Shown: piece after piece, positions 12,028 through 25,582 of the stretch
Position numbering within the stretch: the first letter of the stretch is position 1
Layout: the number at the start of each line of letters is the position of its first letter
From: Octopus sinensis
Lineage: Eukaryota
Assembly: GCF_006345805.1 (NCBI RefSeq)
Contig: NC_043017.1
Location: 4,154,001 to 4,218,000 of the forward strand
Direction: 5' to 3'
DNA: 64,000 nucleotides
Made by a program: the position numbers and the translations under genes
The notes under the pieces: generated by a model
The model's database searches: none
What the model saw: only the letters and a program-made list of their open reading frames with translations
Told to the model about the DNA's origin: nothing

Positions 12028-15000
12028 GTATAATTATAGTTTTCATGATTTACCTCTTTCTTCGTATCACTAATGTTTATTTAGTCTCATTAAACAGCTT
12101 CCGTTTTCTTGTTTAGCACCTGCTAAACCATATACAGACTGACATACTAAGGTGCTCCAACTATAAACCCCTCGTTTTTGATTTTAGGGGCACCTTGCAC
12201 TACGTTACCCTGTTTCGTTCCCTTTTTAAAGACGGTAGAATATACTTTAAGGGTTATGTGGCTGATATTTTGAGCAAGCTCATAATCTACTTTATATGTT
12301 GTAGAAAGTATACCAACTCCTTAATTAGCTAGAAATTTACCTCTGCTCTTCAGGTTAGCTCGGATCCAGCAGTTGTTTATTCGAAGGCTTTCCAGCCATA
12401 ACCATCCCATCTTTTTAGCGGCACCTAGGAAAGTCTGTATCACCATTTTTTAAGGCAGTTGTGTGTGATTTAGTTGTTATTTTCCACACATCGAACAATC
12501 AGGTACTACTTGAGAAGAGTGGTCCCGGTGCGCGTAGTCGTGACTAGTCGATCCTACAACGACTACCTAGCAAAGTAAATAAAACACAAAATAAATAATT
12601 TTTTTACACAAAGTTAATAAAACACAAAGTAAATAATTTTCCTAAACAAAGGCGCAAGAGTGGCTGTTAGGTAAGTAGCTTGTTTACCAACCACATGGTT
12701 CTGGGTTCAGTCCCACTGCGTGGCACCTCGGGCAAGTGTCTTCTACTATAGCCTCGGTCGACCAAAGCCTTGTGAGAGGATTTGGTAGATGGAAACTGAA
12801 AGAAGCCCGTCGTATATATGTATATATATGTGTTTGTGCTTGTCCCCCTAGCATTGCTTGACAACCGATGCTGGTGTGTTTATGTCCCCGTTACTTATCG
12901 GTTCGGCAAAAGAGACCGATAGAATAAATACTGGGCTTACAATGAATAAGTCCCTTGTTGAGTTGCTCGACTAAAGGTGGTGCTCCAGCATGGCCGCAGT
13001 CAAATGACTGAAACAAGTAAAAGAGTAAAGTAAATAAAATACAAAAACACAAACTAAGGATCGACTAGTCACGACTAGCTAGCGCGCGCACCGGGACCAC
13101 TCATCTCAAATAGTACAGAACAATCATGTAGATCAGAAATAGCACGTCCAAAGCACCATCCGAACATGGCCGATGCCAGTGTCACCTGACTAGCTCCCAT
13201 GCCCGTGGCATGTGAAAATCACACTTTACACTCGAGGAGTGGTTGGCATTAGGAAGAGCATCCAGCTGTAGAAACTTGCCGGGTCAGATTGGAGCCTGGT
13301 GCAGCTTGCCAGTCCCCAGTCAAACCGTCCAACCCATGCCAGCATGGAAAACGGACGTTAACTGATGATGATGATAAATATATATATATATGCATTTGCT
13401 ATTTGTGTCTGTGTTTGTCCTTCCGACCATCGCTTCACAACCGGTGTTCATATGTTTACGTCCCCGTCACCTAGCAGTTCAGCAAAGAGAAACTGATAGA
13501 ATAAGTACTAAGTTTACAAAGAATAAGTGCTGAGGTTGATTTGTTCGACAAAGGGCAGTGCTCCAGCATGGCCACAGTCAAATGACTGAAACTAGTAAAA
13601 GAATAAAAGAGAAAAAACTACAATGATAGATTTCCCTTCAATAACAGGTATCCCCATACTCTCTTTACCTGTTTCAGTCATTGACTGTGGCCATGCTGGA
13701 GCACCTTATCATAGCCAACGGAGTGCCAGCCACTCTTAATGTCATGCATCATCATCATCATCATCGTTTAACGTCCGCTTTCCATGCTAGCATGGGTTGG
13801 ACGATTTTGACTGAGGACTGGCGAACCAGACGGCCGCACCAGGCTCCAATCTTGATCTGGCAGAGTTTCTACAGCTGGATGCCCTTCCTAATGCCAACCA
13901 CTCCGAGAGTGTAGTGGGTGCTTTTTACGTACCACTGGCACAAGGGTCAGTCAAGTGGTACTGGCAATGACCTCCCTCAAATCTTTTTACAGGTGCCGGT
14001 AAGGCGACGTTGGTAACGATCACACTCGAATGGTGTCCTTTTACGTGCCACCAGCATGGAGCCAGTTGGCTGATCTGGCAATGATCACGCTTGGATGGTG
14101 CTCTTGGCACCCTACTAGCATCGGCACAAGTGCCAGCAAGGCGACGCTGGTAATGATCACACTTGAATGGTGCCCTTTTCTGTGTCACTGGCACGGAAGC
14201 CAGTTAGCCGGTTATATATATATCCATAGGATCGCGGTTTTGATTCCCAGACCGGGTGTTGTGAGTGTTTATTGAGCGAAAACACCTAAAGCTCCATGAG
14301 GCTCTGGCACAACTTTCTCTCTTTCTTCTGTTGGCCTGCTCGCTTAGCCAGCGGGGTGGCTTCATTTGAAGGCTAAAACAATGCGAAGCGCATTGTGACC
14401 AGCAATGTGTAACAACATCTGATAGCCTGGTCGATCACGGTGATATATATATGTATATATACATGTTAATTTAAACAGAGTGTATCATAACCTCCACCAT
14501 GTATTGAGTACTTTTTCTTACACTATTTTACCATTTTATTTTGCATTAGGAAAGAACTGGAAGAACAGATTCGGAAGCGGGTTGCGTCGGAAGAGAGAGC
14601 TTTCCGTATTGTAATGAAGCTTGTTGAAGAAACCGTTACCTTTGAGCAACTGAAAGACATGGTGCGTTGCTAAAGTTGTTCTGGTTTACTCTTTTGTTCT
14701 TTTACATGTTTCGGTCATTTGAACGCCACTTTGAATTGAAGGAATCAACCTCAGTACTTATTTTTTAAGCCTGGGGGTCAATGTAATCAACTTATTTCAT
14801 CCCCTGAAATTGCTGGCCTTGCACCAAAATTTGAAACCATTATTATTAAGGCAGCGAGCTGGCAGAACCGTTAGTACGCCGGGCGAAATGCTTACCGGTA
14901 TTTCGTCTGCCGCTACGTTCTGAGTTCAAATTCCGCCGAGGTTGACTTTGCCTTTCATCCTTTCGGGGTCGATTAAATAAGTACCAGTTATGCATTGGGG

Positions 15001-15230
15001 TCAATATAATCGACTTAATCCGTTTGTCCCTTCTGTGTTTAGCCCCTTGTGTGTAGTAAAGAAATAGGTATTTCGTCTGTCACTACGTTGTGAGTTCAGT
15101 TTCCGCCGAGGTCGAATTTGCCTTTTATCCTTTTGTGGTCAATTAAATAAGTACCAGTGAAACACTGGGGTCAATGTAATCGACTCATCAGCTCTCCTAA
15201 AATGGCTGTCCATGTGGCAAAATTTGAATC

Positions 15231-15263
<33 letters not shown>

Positions 15264-15582
15264 GGCATTGTGCTGGCAGAATTGTTAGCATGCCGGGCGA
15301 AATGCTTAGAGTATTTCATCTGTCTCTACATTCAATGTATATGATAACACTTCCAATCAGTTAAGAGCAGAAACCACGAGAGCCACTGCCTGGTACTATT
15401 ATTATTTTTTTTTTTCCAAGGCTCACTTCGTTATGCCTAACCATTACCATGACATTTGTGAAGAACGAGCAATTGTGAAACTTTGTGCTTATCCCATTTG
15501 TGCGAATAATCTGCCGAATGTAAGTAAATATTTTCATATCACTGTCTGTTCTATGTATGCATGTCTGTGCATGCATGCGCAC

Positions 15583-15614
<32 letters not shown>

Positions 15615-18600
15615 TATGCTGTTGATTTTGTTGATCAAAAGAGTTCTTGTTGTAATCATCCACTATTTTCTTGCCTTCCTTTTCCTAAAAGACAGTGATT
15701 TGATTTGAGGAGATTTGGCTGCTATTTCTAGTATGTTGCTGACTACACAGATGGCTGGGTGTACTGGATAACTCATCAGATTTGGATGATTATGGCTGAA
15801 AGGTTCATCAGAGAAAGCCACAGGTGTTAAAAATTCTGAGATGGAAATAACCTGGAAGTGAAGCTTTTCGTGAAACGAGACACAAAATATTGGGTTGTCT
15901 GGAAAGTTCATGCCGATTTTTAAAGGAAAGAAAAAGGTCAATAAATACTTGCCATTACATTTTTAATCAACCAAATATGAACCATTTTGTTGCACAATGC
16001 ATCTCTATCTTTCCTTTAACTTGAAAATACCCTCTTCTCAGAATTGAGGTGGTTTCATGGCAAAGAATTCATCAAGGTATCTTTTTACGTCATCCAAGGA
16101 ATTGAAATTTTTACCATTAAGACTATTCTGCAGAGACCTGAATAAGTGGAAATCCGAAGGAGCAATATCTGGTGAATATGGAGGGTGGGGTAACACATCC
16201 CAGCCGAGCTGCAGCAATTTTTGTCTGGTTCCCAAAGCATCAAGTGCCGAAAATGAACTTTTTTATCCTCCATTTTAAAGGGTTACAGAATGAACACAGG
16301 TTATAGGAACATAAACCTTCTTCCATGAAAAGATAGCTTAAACTGTGCTCTAAATGGAAGTGTAGTCAAATCCTATTTTATGGACTCAGCCATGTTCTAA
16401 AATAAGTCAAAAAGTAAGCTACTATAAATCAGCACAAACTTTCCAGTCAACCCAATACTGCTAAGCAGGCCCTCCTAAAGAAATTTCATGAAGTAGAACA
16501 AGTGTCTAATAAAGAAGTATGACCTGGGCTGTGGTAAATAGGAAACTGCTTCTGAAGCAACTGAGATTTCTTGGTCATATTATGAGAGGGCCTGGAGAAT
16601 TTAGTAATGACCAGAATGATTGAAGTTGTCCCTTATATTTCAGTAAGAAACTTAGAAATATAACATATCTATGTAATATTTTTTATTGCAGACAAAGCCT
16701 AAAAAATATCACATATCAACCAAAACCAATAAAGTCTACGACATTTCTGAACGTAAGGTAAGAAACTTATTGTACCCATTTTTTTTTTATTTATGAGTAA
16801 AAAAAAAATAATAAGATCTGAGGTTGATCTGCTCAACTAAAACCCTTCGAGGCAGTGCTCCAGAATGGCTGCACTGCAATGATTCAAACAAATAAAAAAT
16901 AACGTATATATTTGCCAGCTCTGTCTGGCACCTGTGCCGGTGGCATGTAAAAAGCACCCACTACACTCACGGAGTGGTTGGCGTTAGGAAGAGCATCTAG
17001 CCATAGAAACACTGCCAGATCTGACTGGGCCTGACGAAGCCTTCCAGCTTCACAGACCCCAGTTGAACCGTCCAACCCATGCTAGCCTAGAAAACGGACG
17101 CTAAATGATGATGATTTCTTTTTTTGTTTTGTTTATAATGTTTAATTTCTTTTCGTTTTGTATTCGTCTTTCTTTCTTTCCAATTTGTCAGATTTTCTGC
17201 AGCAATCGCTGTTTCAAGCATTCAAAAATCTTTGAGAAACAGATTCTGACATCCCCTTTGTGGTTTCGTCCCAAAGAAAAGCCTGCTGATTTCCGTGTTC
17301 CAGATACAGAAAATGACAAGTAAGTATGTACTCACCAGTTACACAAGTTTTAAGGAACCAACAGTGGAATCCCTTACATCAGATGATTTCAGTCACAGTG
17401 TTGCAGCATGCTTGTGTGCCATGTATGCTATACACATATGGCACACATTTTTGAAGCAAGTTAGAAAATGCAAGCATATTCAGAAAACTTTAGCATTTTT
17501 AACCCTTTCGATACCAACCCAGCTGAAACTGCCTCTGGCTCTGTAGTACAAGTATCTTGTTTTCAAAAGTTCTGAATTAAAATCTTCCACCAAACCTTAG
17601 TCACAATTTATGTTCCTAACACTAGCTTAATGATAACTAAATTATTTTACTAAATTCTTTGTTATATTTAAAATTAATTGAAAGAAACACAGAGTATTTC
17701 ACCAGAAATATGGTAACAAAAGGGTTAAAAAATATAATAGAGAAACAATTCTTAACCCTTTGGATACCAACCTGGCTGAAACTGCGTCTGGCTCTATAGT
17801 ACAAGTGTCTTGTTTTCAAAAGTTTTGAATTAAAATCTTCCACCAAACCTTAGTCACAATTTATGTTCCTAACACTAGCTTAGTGATAATTAAGTTGTTT
17901 TACTAAATTCTTTGTTATATTTTAAATTAATTGAAAGAAACTCAGAGCATCTGAACAGAAATGTAGTAACAGAAAGGTTAAGACACAAGTGTGACCATGT
18001 GGTAAAAAGTTTGCTTCCCAACCACATGGTTTCAGGTTCACTCACATTGCATGGTTCACCTACAGTAGGGGAGAGTAGGGGATGACTGAGTACAGAAAAG
18101 GAGGAACGGATAACAACAGAATTGTAATAATGATATAGTGAGCAAGGAGGAGAATGAGAGAAGATGTGAGAAAGAGAAAGAGATGATGTGTTGCTGCGTA
18201 GGTTGCAAGAGTATGAGGGGGAGGCAGGCGTAGAGCATTGGAAAAATGAGAGATGTATGATGGAGGAGAAGGGGAAATAATCTAGTGACTCAGATAAGTG
18301 ACCAATGTAAAATGTTGGTGGAGAGGATACCATTAAGTGAGAGTGAAGGTCAGATAACAACTGAATGGTTTTAAGTAGCGAGAATGATAAGTGGTATCCA
18401 GGAAAAGCTGGCAGAGTATGCGTTCTGTTCACAGTTAATTATAGCCACAGAATATTGCAGTTGGAGAGATGGAAGATGATGGGAATGTCTTGAAAAAATT
18501 GGATGGGATGTTCAGTTGTGCATATATACACATTGTGCTTTCAGAATCTGTTTCACAGAGATGGCGGTCTCTTCAGGAATCACATATTGCCATTCATTTC

Positions 18601-20662
18601 AGTCCTTTGTTATCTCCTTCATGAGATTCAAGGTCCTGAGATCAGCCCCATGTCTTCTTGGCCTGGGTCTCCCACCATCCACATTTAACAATTGGCTCTT
18701 CTTTATACAGCTCTCCTCATCTATACTCTTTTTTTACATGTCCATTCCAGTGCAGTCTTCTTTCTTGCACACTACATCGAAATTCTTCTTATGCTCAGTT
18801 TTCCTTTCGGCACATTTGTTCTTTGTCATTCATACATATTTACATTGCACAGGATGGTTGAACACCTCTCTCTCTCTCTCTCTCTCTCATTCCTCCTACT
18901 TCCTCACCACAGCCATAACCCACCTCTACTACATTCATTAAACCTAATGTTTCCTTTTAAATTTGAAAGCGAAACTATTAAAGTGAAAGTATCTGACATT
19001 ACAATAGAGAGATGTTTTTGTTTCACTTTTAACACGTAATACTGAAATAGTGGAGAAGATATGATATTGCCGTGGACTTGCCCTAGGCAAAAAGTTCAAA
19101 ATTCTTTTTGCCGATGACACTCCCGGACCCTAAGTAAGGCATGTGTAAAATTTGAATGAAATTGGTTGTGTAGTTCTCAAGTTTTAGGGATTCACACAGA
19201 CAGACACACACACACACACACACACATTCTCAGTTTTATATATATATATAGATATACTTTTTTTTTTTTTTTCAGGGGCTGGATTGGATATGAAGTCATT
19301 AGTAAAAAAAGTAACTTAAATAAACTTAATATCTCTGATGAGGATACCATAATTGATGCTGAAGAGGAAGAGGACAGCAGAGGTGTTGTGTCGATCTTGG
19401 AACAGCAGGACTGGTTAGATGAGCTCCATGACAATCTCTATAGACCTCAGCCAAACGTTTCAAAACTCTCAACTAAAGATTCTGACATTGATGAAGATCC
19501 ACTTCAACATGTAAATTCCGAAGATGGTTCCGATGGGGATCTCTTACAATCTGAAGGATCAGATGAAGAAAACGGTTCTTCTACAGATAAAAAAATTCTA
19601 GTGCGACTTCAAGGTAATCTCCCTGAATTAGGAAATTTTTGTTCAGATGAAACTGATTCTGATGATGACAGGCCTTCAGTGACTTTAGTGACTACTTCGA
19701 GAAAAAAAAAGACGAAAGTGCCAATGAAAGGGAAAAGTAGCCAGCCGCATCTGTCGTCTGCATCTGAGGTTTCTAACAATAAAACGAAATCTACTGGAGC
19801 GCATTCTCAAATAAATCAGTTACAAATTTTGCTTGATAAACAGAAAAACAAACTGTCACAGTTTGTAAACCCTGTTTCATTAGTTCACAATGAACCAGAA
19901 TCACAGAGAACTGACAAGGAAGGAAACTACACGTGCAGGCACCACTCTTCGGGTTCTCAGACATCAGGCACAGTATCTTCTTGCTCAAATTCTTCGCCTT
20001 CAACTAAAGACAATTCCAAAAGTAGCAATGTCAGTAATGCAAATCATCAACGGCCACGAGATAAAATAATCAATTTTATCCACTCTTGGATTACCCCAAA
20101 ATCCCTTTGCTTCTTAGGTTTATCAAGCCCTGAAGAACAACCTGACCCCTCAAATGATTCTGCTTCAAAAGAATCCTCAGACTTTTCAAAACTCTGTGAA
20201 AGAGTTGCTATCCAAGGTCAAGATTTCGAATGCCTGCTTGATGATCATGTTCCTGGGAAAGATATTCTTCCTAAGAAGTCATTACCATCTTATGAAAATC
20301 TTCAGAAAGAAACAGAAAATTATTCCTTTAAAGTCAAAGAATATTTTAAACCAGCACCAAAGAAAAAGGTTTGATATTTACTTATGTTTTATTTTTGGCA
20401 ATTTTTGACACATCTGATTCAAGACAAGACCCCTAATATTTTCCATGATTAGTGGCTAAAAATCTCGAAATTCTTCTTTCAGATCGATGAGACTGAATCA
20501 AATCTGGTGCTGCCAAATGTTGATTCTTATTCTCAAGTAACCCTTAGAAGATCTATTTTCTTGCAACAACTTAGCAAAAGGTAAGCAGATATTCTTAGTA
20601 TCTTGTTACTATTCTTGTTTGCTCTCTGTCAGACGGAAACTGAAAGAAGCCCGTCGTGTATA

Positions 20663-20713
<51 letters not shown>

Positions 20714-23250
20714 ATATGTTTGTGTGTCTGTGTTTGTCCTCCAACATCACTTGACAACTGATGCTGGTGTGTTTATGTCCCCGTAACTTAGCGGTTTCAG
20801 CAAAAGAGCCCGATAGAATAAGTACTAGGCTTACAAAGAATAAGTCCTAGGGTCGATTTCTTCGACTAAAGGCGGTGCTCCAGCATGGCCACAGTCAAAT
20901 AACTGAAACAAGTAAAAGAGAACAAATGAATAACAAATTTGGATTCAGCGTCAAAAATTACATCTGTATGATACATTGAAAAATTTTTTTAAAGGTGAAA
21001 AAGCATTTGAGTGAGGTCGTTGCCAGTGCCACTGGACTGGCTCCTGTGCGGGTGGCATATGAAAAACATCATTTGAGCATAGCCGTTGCCTGTACTGCCT
21101 GACTGGCCCCCGTACCGGTGGCACATAAAAGCATCCAGTACACTCTCGATGTGGTTGGCATTAGGAAGAGCATCCAGTTGTAGAAACTCTGCCAGATCAA
21201 GATTGGAGCCTGGTGCAGCCATCTGGTTCTCCAGCCCTCAGTCAAATCGTCCAACCCATGCTAGCATGGAAAGCGGACGTTAAACAATGATGATGATGAT
21301 GGTGATGGTGATGATGATGATGATGATTGTAAACAGTGATGAAAACCATAAAAATCCAACAATGGATTTACAGATTACACTTTACTGCAAAGGAATGCAT
21401 TTGCACTCAAAACTCATGACACACGTGTGTTCTGCCTTACATTAGTTGAAAATGTTTGCAATAGAATGTGATTTGAGGAAAATTTGGTTGCTATTTTTAG
21501 CAGGTGAAAGTGGTTCTATCATTGACTCAAAGGAAACAATGCTCTCTAGTGTATCACCGGTGATATGGCAAGGCTTCTGAAATCTTGATTGGATAAGTCC
21601 ACCTGGTAGAAATAGGTAGCATGGATAACGCCTAGAAGCAGCCGGGATGTAGTGTAACACACAAGTGCTTTCTTAGCATCTAATGCCAATTCAGGTCCAG
21701 CCACAAGCATTGCTTGGACATTTATTTTCATGGTGTTAGGTAGGAAAATGGGATTGTGCCGGCACCCTCTTAGCCACTCTGAGACTGAGCTTTTATCCTC
21801 CAAACCTTCCAAGAATGTGCCTATATTCTTTACAGACCCTTTGCGAATGTGTATCCTTACACTTTACAACCCTCTGAAACTATGTCCAAGACCTTCACCA
21901 TCCCCTTCAAGAATGTACCCATGAACTTCACGGTCCTTCCAAAGCAGTGCCCTTAGCTTTCACTGGCCTTCTGAGTTGTCCATTGAACTTCTTTATCACA
22001 CACTATGCCCGCACCTATTGTGAAATATTTTTCATCTATTTTTGGCTCTTGTGCATTACAGAATTGATGGCCTTATCGGTGATATGGACCTCTTGATTGG
22101 AGAATTGTCAACAGATATCAAGGATTTTGTACATACATTCAGGTAAAGAGATGTCAAGTTTATTCCTTTCCATTCTTCCTCTTGTTTTTTGTTTATTCCC
22201 TTTTACTATCTCCTTTCTAATTTCTACTCCCTTTTCTTTTCCATTATTTGTATTGTTTAGCCTCCAGATTAGCTCAGATCAAGCTAATCTGTTTTAGAGT
22301 TGTTTTGAACAGTACTTTTCAAAGTGAGATCCATGAAAAAAACTCTGTGTTCTTTGGAATAAACCATCTTTTAAAGAAAATATAATTAATATTGGCCTGC
22401 TCGCTTAGCCAGTGGGATGGCGTCATTCGAAGGCTAAAACAATGCGAACGCATTGTGACCAGCGATGTGTAACAACATCTGATGGTCTGGTCGGTCACGT
22501 GATAATTAATATTAGAATTATTACATTTCTAAATATCTCAGAGAGATTTATGCAGTAGTGGTACGATAGAGTGGTTGTATACTGTCAACTTAATGTGACA
22601 GTCCCATGAAGGGAATTACACTACTGCTATTTAGCCCTAGGAAGCAGCAACACTTCCTGTCGGCCTTGACACATTTACTGTGTCCTTATGTTTACAAGGG
22701 GCAGCAGACTGATGATGAGCAAAGACTCAGAAAGTAGTCTCTGGATGCAGGCTTGGCTGGGTGGAGGTGCTTGTCTCCAATAAAACCAGAACATTATGTT
22801 TTATTTCACAGCTTTAACATCAAATGACTACAGTAATTTTCTTTTCTTTTTGCAGTTTAGTGAATACAAACATTGTCCTGAAGACAAAAGAATGGGATGT
22901 TGCTGCTATTTTCATTATTATTTTGTAAGTATTTCATCTTTCTGACGAAAACAAGAGACAATAATAACAATACATTTTAGTATCTGTATTGCTGAAGCAG
23001 TACAGATGATAATATTGATAATGATAATCCTTTCCACTATAGGCACAAAACCTGAAATTTGTGGGGGAGAGGGCTAAGTCAATTACATTGACCCCCAGTA
23101 TACAACTGGTACTTATTATTTGATCAACCCGAAACAAATGAAAGGCAAAGTTGGCCTCAGCAGAATTACAACTCTGAACATAAAAACAGACAAAATGCCA
23201 CTTTTTACCTGGCATGCTAACAATTCTGCCAATAGCAGTAGCAGTAGTAA

Positions 23251-23294
<44 letters not shown>

Positions 23295-24358
23295 ATAATA
23301 ATGATAATTCTGTTTTATTGGCCACAAGGGCTAATATAAATCAAAAACATGTAAGGACAACACAGGACGATAAAACAAAGGGTTTTGCAAAAAAAGGGTC
23401 CATGTAAACAAGAATATTGAAACAAGTAAAAACTCCTAATAGGAGGAGGCTCTTTGAAGGTGATTACTCGTGGAAAACCCCATAAAAGCACAGGTGCCTG
23501 GTTAACAGGGCAAGGGCCCTTTCTCCTTTTATACTCTTTTTTACAGGTGTAATCTCAGAATTGGTCCATCCATACTGGCCATTTTTCTGACATCCACCCC
23601 ACCTTTCAACAAATTTGCTAGAAGAGAACACTTCCCTCTCTACCCTCACCTTCCTTTTCAAGTGGAACTTGAAAAAGTTGATGAGGCCTTAGCCAAAGAG
23701 GAAAGTGTCTGACTTTAGCCCTTTCAAACGGGTCCACCATACCACCTCTTTCGCTACAGCCACCAGACGAATGAAAATTGCCTGCCCTTCCCAGTTAAAG
23801 GAGGAGGAGTAATTATAATGATAATAATAATAATAATAATAGTTCCGTCTATTTTTGGCACAAGGCCAGAAATTTTAGGAAGTGGAGAATGGTTGATTAC
23901 ATCCATCCCCAGTACTCGATTGGTACTTTATTTTATCAATCCTAAACAGATGAAAGGCTAAGTTTCATCCTGGCAGGATTTGAAACTCTTGTTTCTGCTC
24001 CCATTACCCCACCAGTCTTGAAGCTCCCGAAAAGATCAAATGCACTGCCCTTCTCTCACAGACTTAGCCAAAAACATTTTTTTTTAAACAAGACTCATGG
24101 TAACTTTAACTTAGTGTGAACATAAGTATTGTTTATACTACCAATCAAAAATTGCATTCTTCTGTCATACATCACTCTCTCTCTCTCTCAATTTCTGTTT
24201 TCTTTTCTATCTTAAGGTTGTCCAAGAAAACAGCCAAACTTGAAACCAAACTACAGAAACCAAATATTCAAAAAAAATTCAACAACATTTTGCAGAAATT
24301 TGATTTGTCCTTACTCGAAGCTCAAACACTCGTGGCTGAGAAACTGTTGGTGCTATGA
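11960..24358 (+). CDS. RPAP2: RNA polymerase II subunit B1 CTD phosphatase RPAP2 (Rtr1 family), 651 aa
   Basis: join(11960-12027,14550-14661,15421-15519,16692-16757,17192-17319,19276-20368,20483-20580,22062-22142,22856-22924,24217-24358) = 1956 nt. Rtr1 zinc motif YHDICEER..KLCAYPIC, KYHISTKTNKVYDISERK, FCSNRCFKHS; C-terminal LPNVDS..RR and TFSL.N.NI..K..EW. Confidence 0.92.
12502..13117. mobile_element. Non-autonomous TIR element (MULE-like) with a nested SINE
   Basis: Imperfect TIRs of about 52-60 bp (12502-12553 and 13057-13117); exact 9-bp TSD GAACAATCA at 12493-12501 and 13118-13126. Confidence 0.8.
14550..14661 (+). CDS. RPAP2: RPAP2 coding exon 2 (KELEEQIRKRVASEERAFRIVMKLVE)
   Basis: 112 nt, AG/GT boundaries. 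Confidence 0.85.
15421..15519 (+). CDS. RPAP2: RPAP2 coding exon 3 (YHDICEERAIVKLCAYPIC)
   Basis: 99 nt, Rtr1 motif. Confidence 0.93.
15890..16455 (-). mobile_element. Internally deleted mariner element
   Basis: TIRs TTGGGTTG.CTGGAAAGTT, TA at both ends; transposase remnant HPPYSPDIAPSDFHLFRSLQN. Confidence 0.9.
16692..16757 (+). CDS. RPAP2: RPAP2 coding exon 4 (KYHISTKTNKVYDISERK)
   Basis: 66 nt, conserved motif. Confidence 0.93.
17192..17319 (+). CDS. RPAP2: RPAP2 coding exon 5 (FCSNRCFKHS...SPLWFR)
   Basis: 128 nt, conserved motif. Confidence 0.92.
17499..17981. mobile_element. Two adjacent copies of a 222-bp piggyBac-type MITE (17503-17724, 17756-17977)
   Basis: TTAA|CCCTTT...AAAGGG|TTAA ends; near-identical bodies. 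Confidence 0.8.
19040..19253 (-). mobile_element. Helitron/Helentron-like fragment abutting the RPAP2 exon 6 acceptor
   Basis: The reverse strand begins TCTATATATATAAAA followed by a (TG)n/(TCTG) tract, a layout typical of such elements. Confidence 0.4.
19276..20368 (+). CDS. RPAP2: RPAP2 coding exon 6 (large acidic/Ser-rich exon)
   Basis: 1093-nt open exon, phases fit both flanks. Confidence 0.9.
20483..20580 (+). CDS. RPAP2: RPAP2 coding exon 7 (LPNVDSYSQ..RR)
   Basis: 98 nt, conserved C-terminal motif. Confidence 0.88.
22062..22142 (+). CDS. RPAP2: RPAP2 coding exon 8
   Basis: 81 nt, ends in ...FVHTF, gtaaag donor. Confidence 0.82.
22856..22924 (+). CDS. RPAP2: RPAP2 coding exon 9 (LVNTNIVLKTKEWDVAAIF)
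   Basis: 69 nt, strong splice sites. Confidence 0.85.
23320..23808 (-). mobile_element. L1/Tx1-like LINE 3' fragment
   Basis: Minus-strand remnant LVAVAKEVVWWTR...FHLKRKVRVER....FVERW followed by AATAAA and a simple-repeat tail. Confidence 0.6.
24217..24358 (+). CDS. RPAP2: RPAP2 terminal coding exon
   Basis: 142 nt to TGA; AATAAA at 24493-24498. Confidence 0.78.
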
Positions 24359-25209
24359 TGCCTCTCTCTGTACAAAATGTAATATTTATGACCATTCCAG
24401 AAATGGGAACATTTGTGACTGAAATATTCAATTTTATGATGGATCACTGCATACAAAATTGTTAATTGCTTTGATTACCGTTACAGTGAATTAATAAACT
24501 GTATTCAATCGGAAGGAAGTTTGTTGTTTAATTTGCTTCATCCAACAGAAATGATTACAGAATATTCTGTAAACATGTGTGTATGTTTGTGTGCCTGTGT
24601 TTGTCCCCCCAACATCGCTTGACAACCGATGCTGGTGTGTTTACATCCCCCATGACTTTCGGAAACATTTTTTCACGCTCAGAGTTGCTGAAGCATGGAA
24701 TAAACTGCCTGCGTCAGTTGTTGACTGCCATGACACTGCATCCTTTAAGGCCCTCATGCTTACCGAAATCCGCCAAAACTACATCTGATTATAAATACAC
24801 TTTAGATGAGTTGTAGTGCACCTGAGCACTGTACACAATTATTATTATTATTATTATTATTATTATAACCTAGCAGTTCAGCAAAAGAGACCGATAGAAT
24901 AAGTACTAGGCTTACAAAGAATAAGTCCTGGGTTCGGTTTGCTCGACTAAAGGTGGTGTGCTCCAGCATGGCCGCAGTCAAAATGACTTAAACAAGTAAA
25001 AATAAGAAGAGGGAAACCAAGTCTTAGCGATTGATGTTAATGATAATGTGGTGAAGGTGAAGGAATGGCAACTCTGAAAGTTTCATTAATTGAAATTTGT
25101 ATTACCATCTGTAGGATGGAGATGGAAGCATTTGCTGGACTATAAATTTCAGTTTCAGATAAACAGAATGTTAGACACATAAATAGAATAGCAAATAGGA
25201 TGATGAGGC

Positions 25210-25244
25210 AATAGACAGACAGACAGACAGATACATCCATAGAT

Positions 25245-25305
<61 letters not shown>

Positions 25306-25582
25306 CAGACAGATAGACAGACAGACAGATAGATAGATAGATAAATAGACAGACAGACAGATAGATAGACAGACAGACAGCTAAATAGATATAGATAGAT
25401 AGACAGACAGACAGCTAGATAGATAGATAGATAGATTTCTTTACTACCCACAAGGGGCTAAGATAGACAGACAGACAGATAGATAGATAGCCAGACAGAC
25501 AGACAGATAAATAGATAGACAGACAGATAGATAGATAGACAGACATACAGATAGAAAAATACGCAGACAGACGGACAGATCG
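25210..25582. repeat. Compound (GATA)n/(GACA)n/(GAAA)n microsatellite
   Basis: Direct inspection. Confidence 0.9.

Noticed and set aside
19166-20374. 402-aa ORF as a standalone gene
   Set aside because: It is RPAP2 exon 6 with intronic read-through at the 5' end
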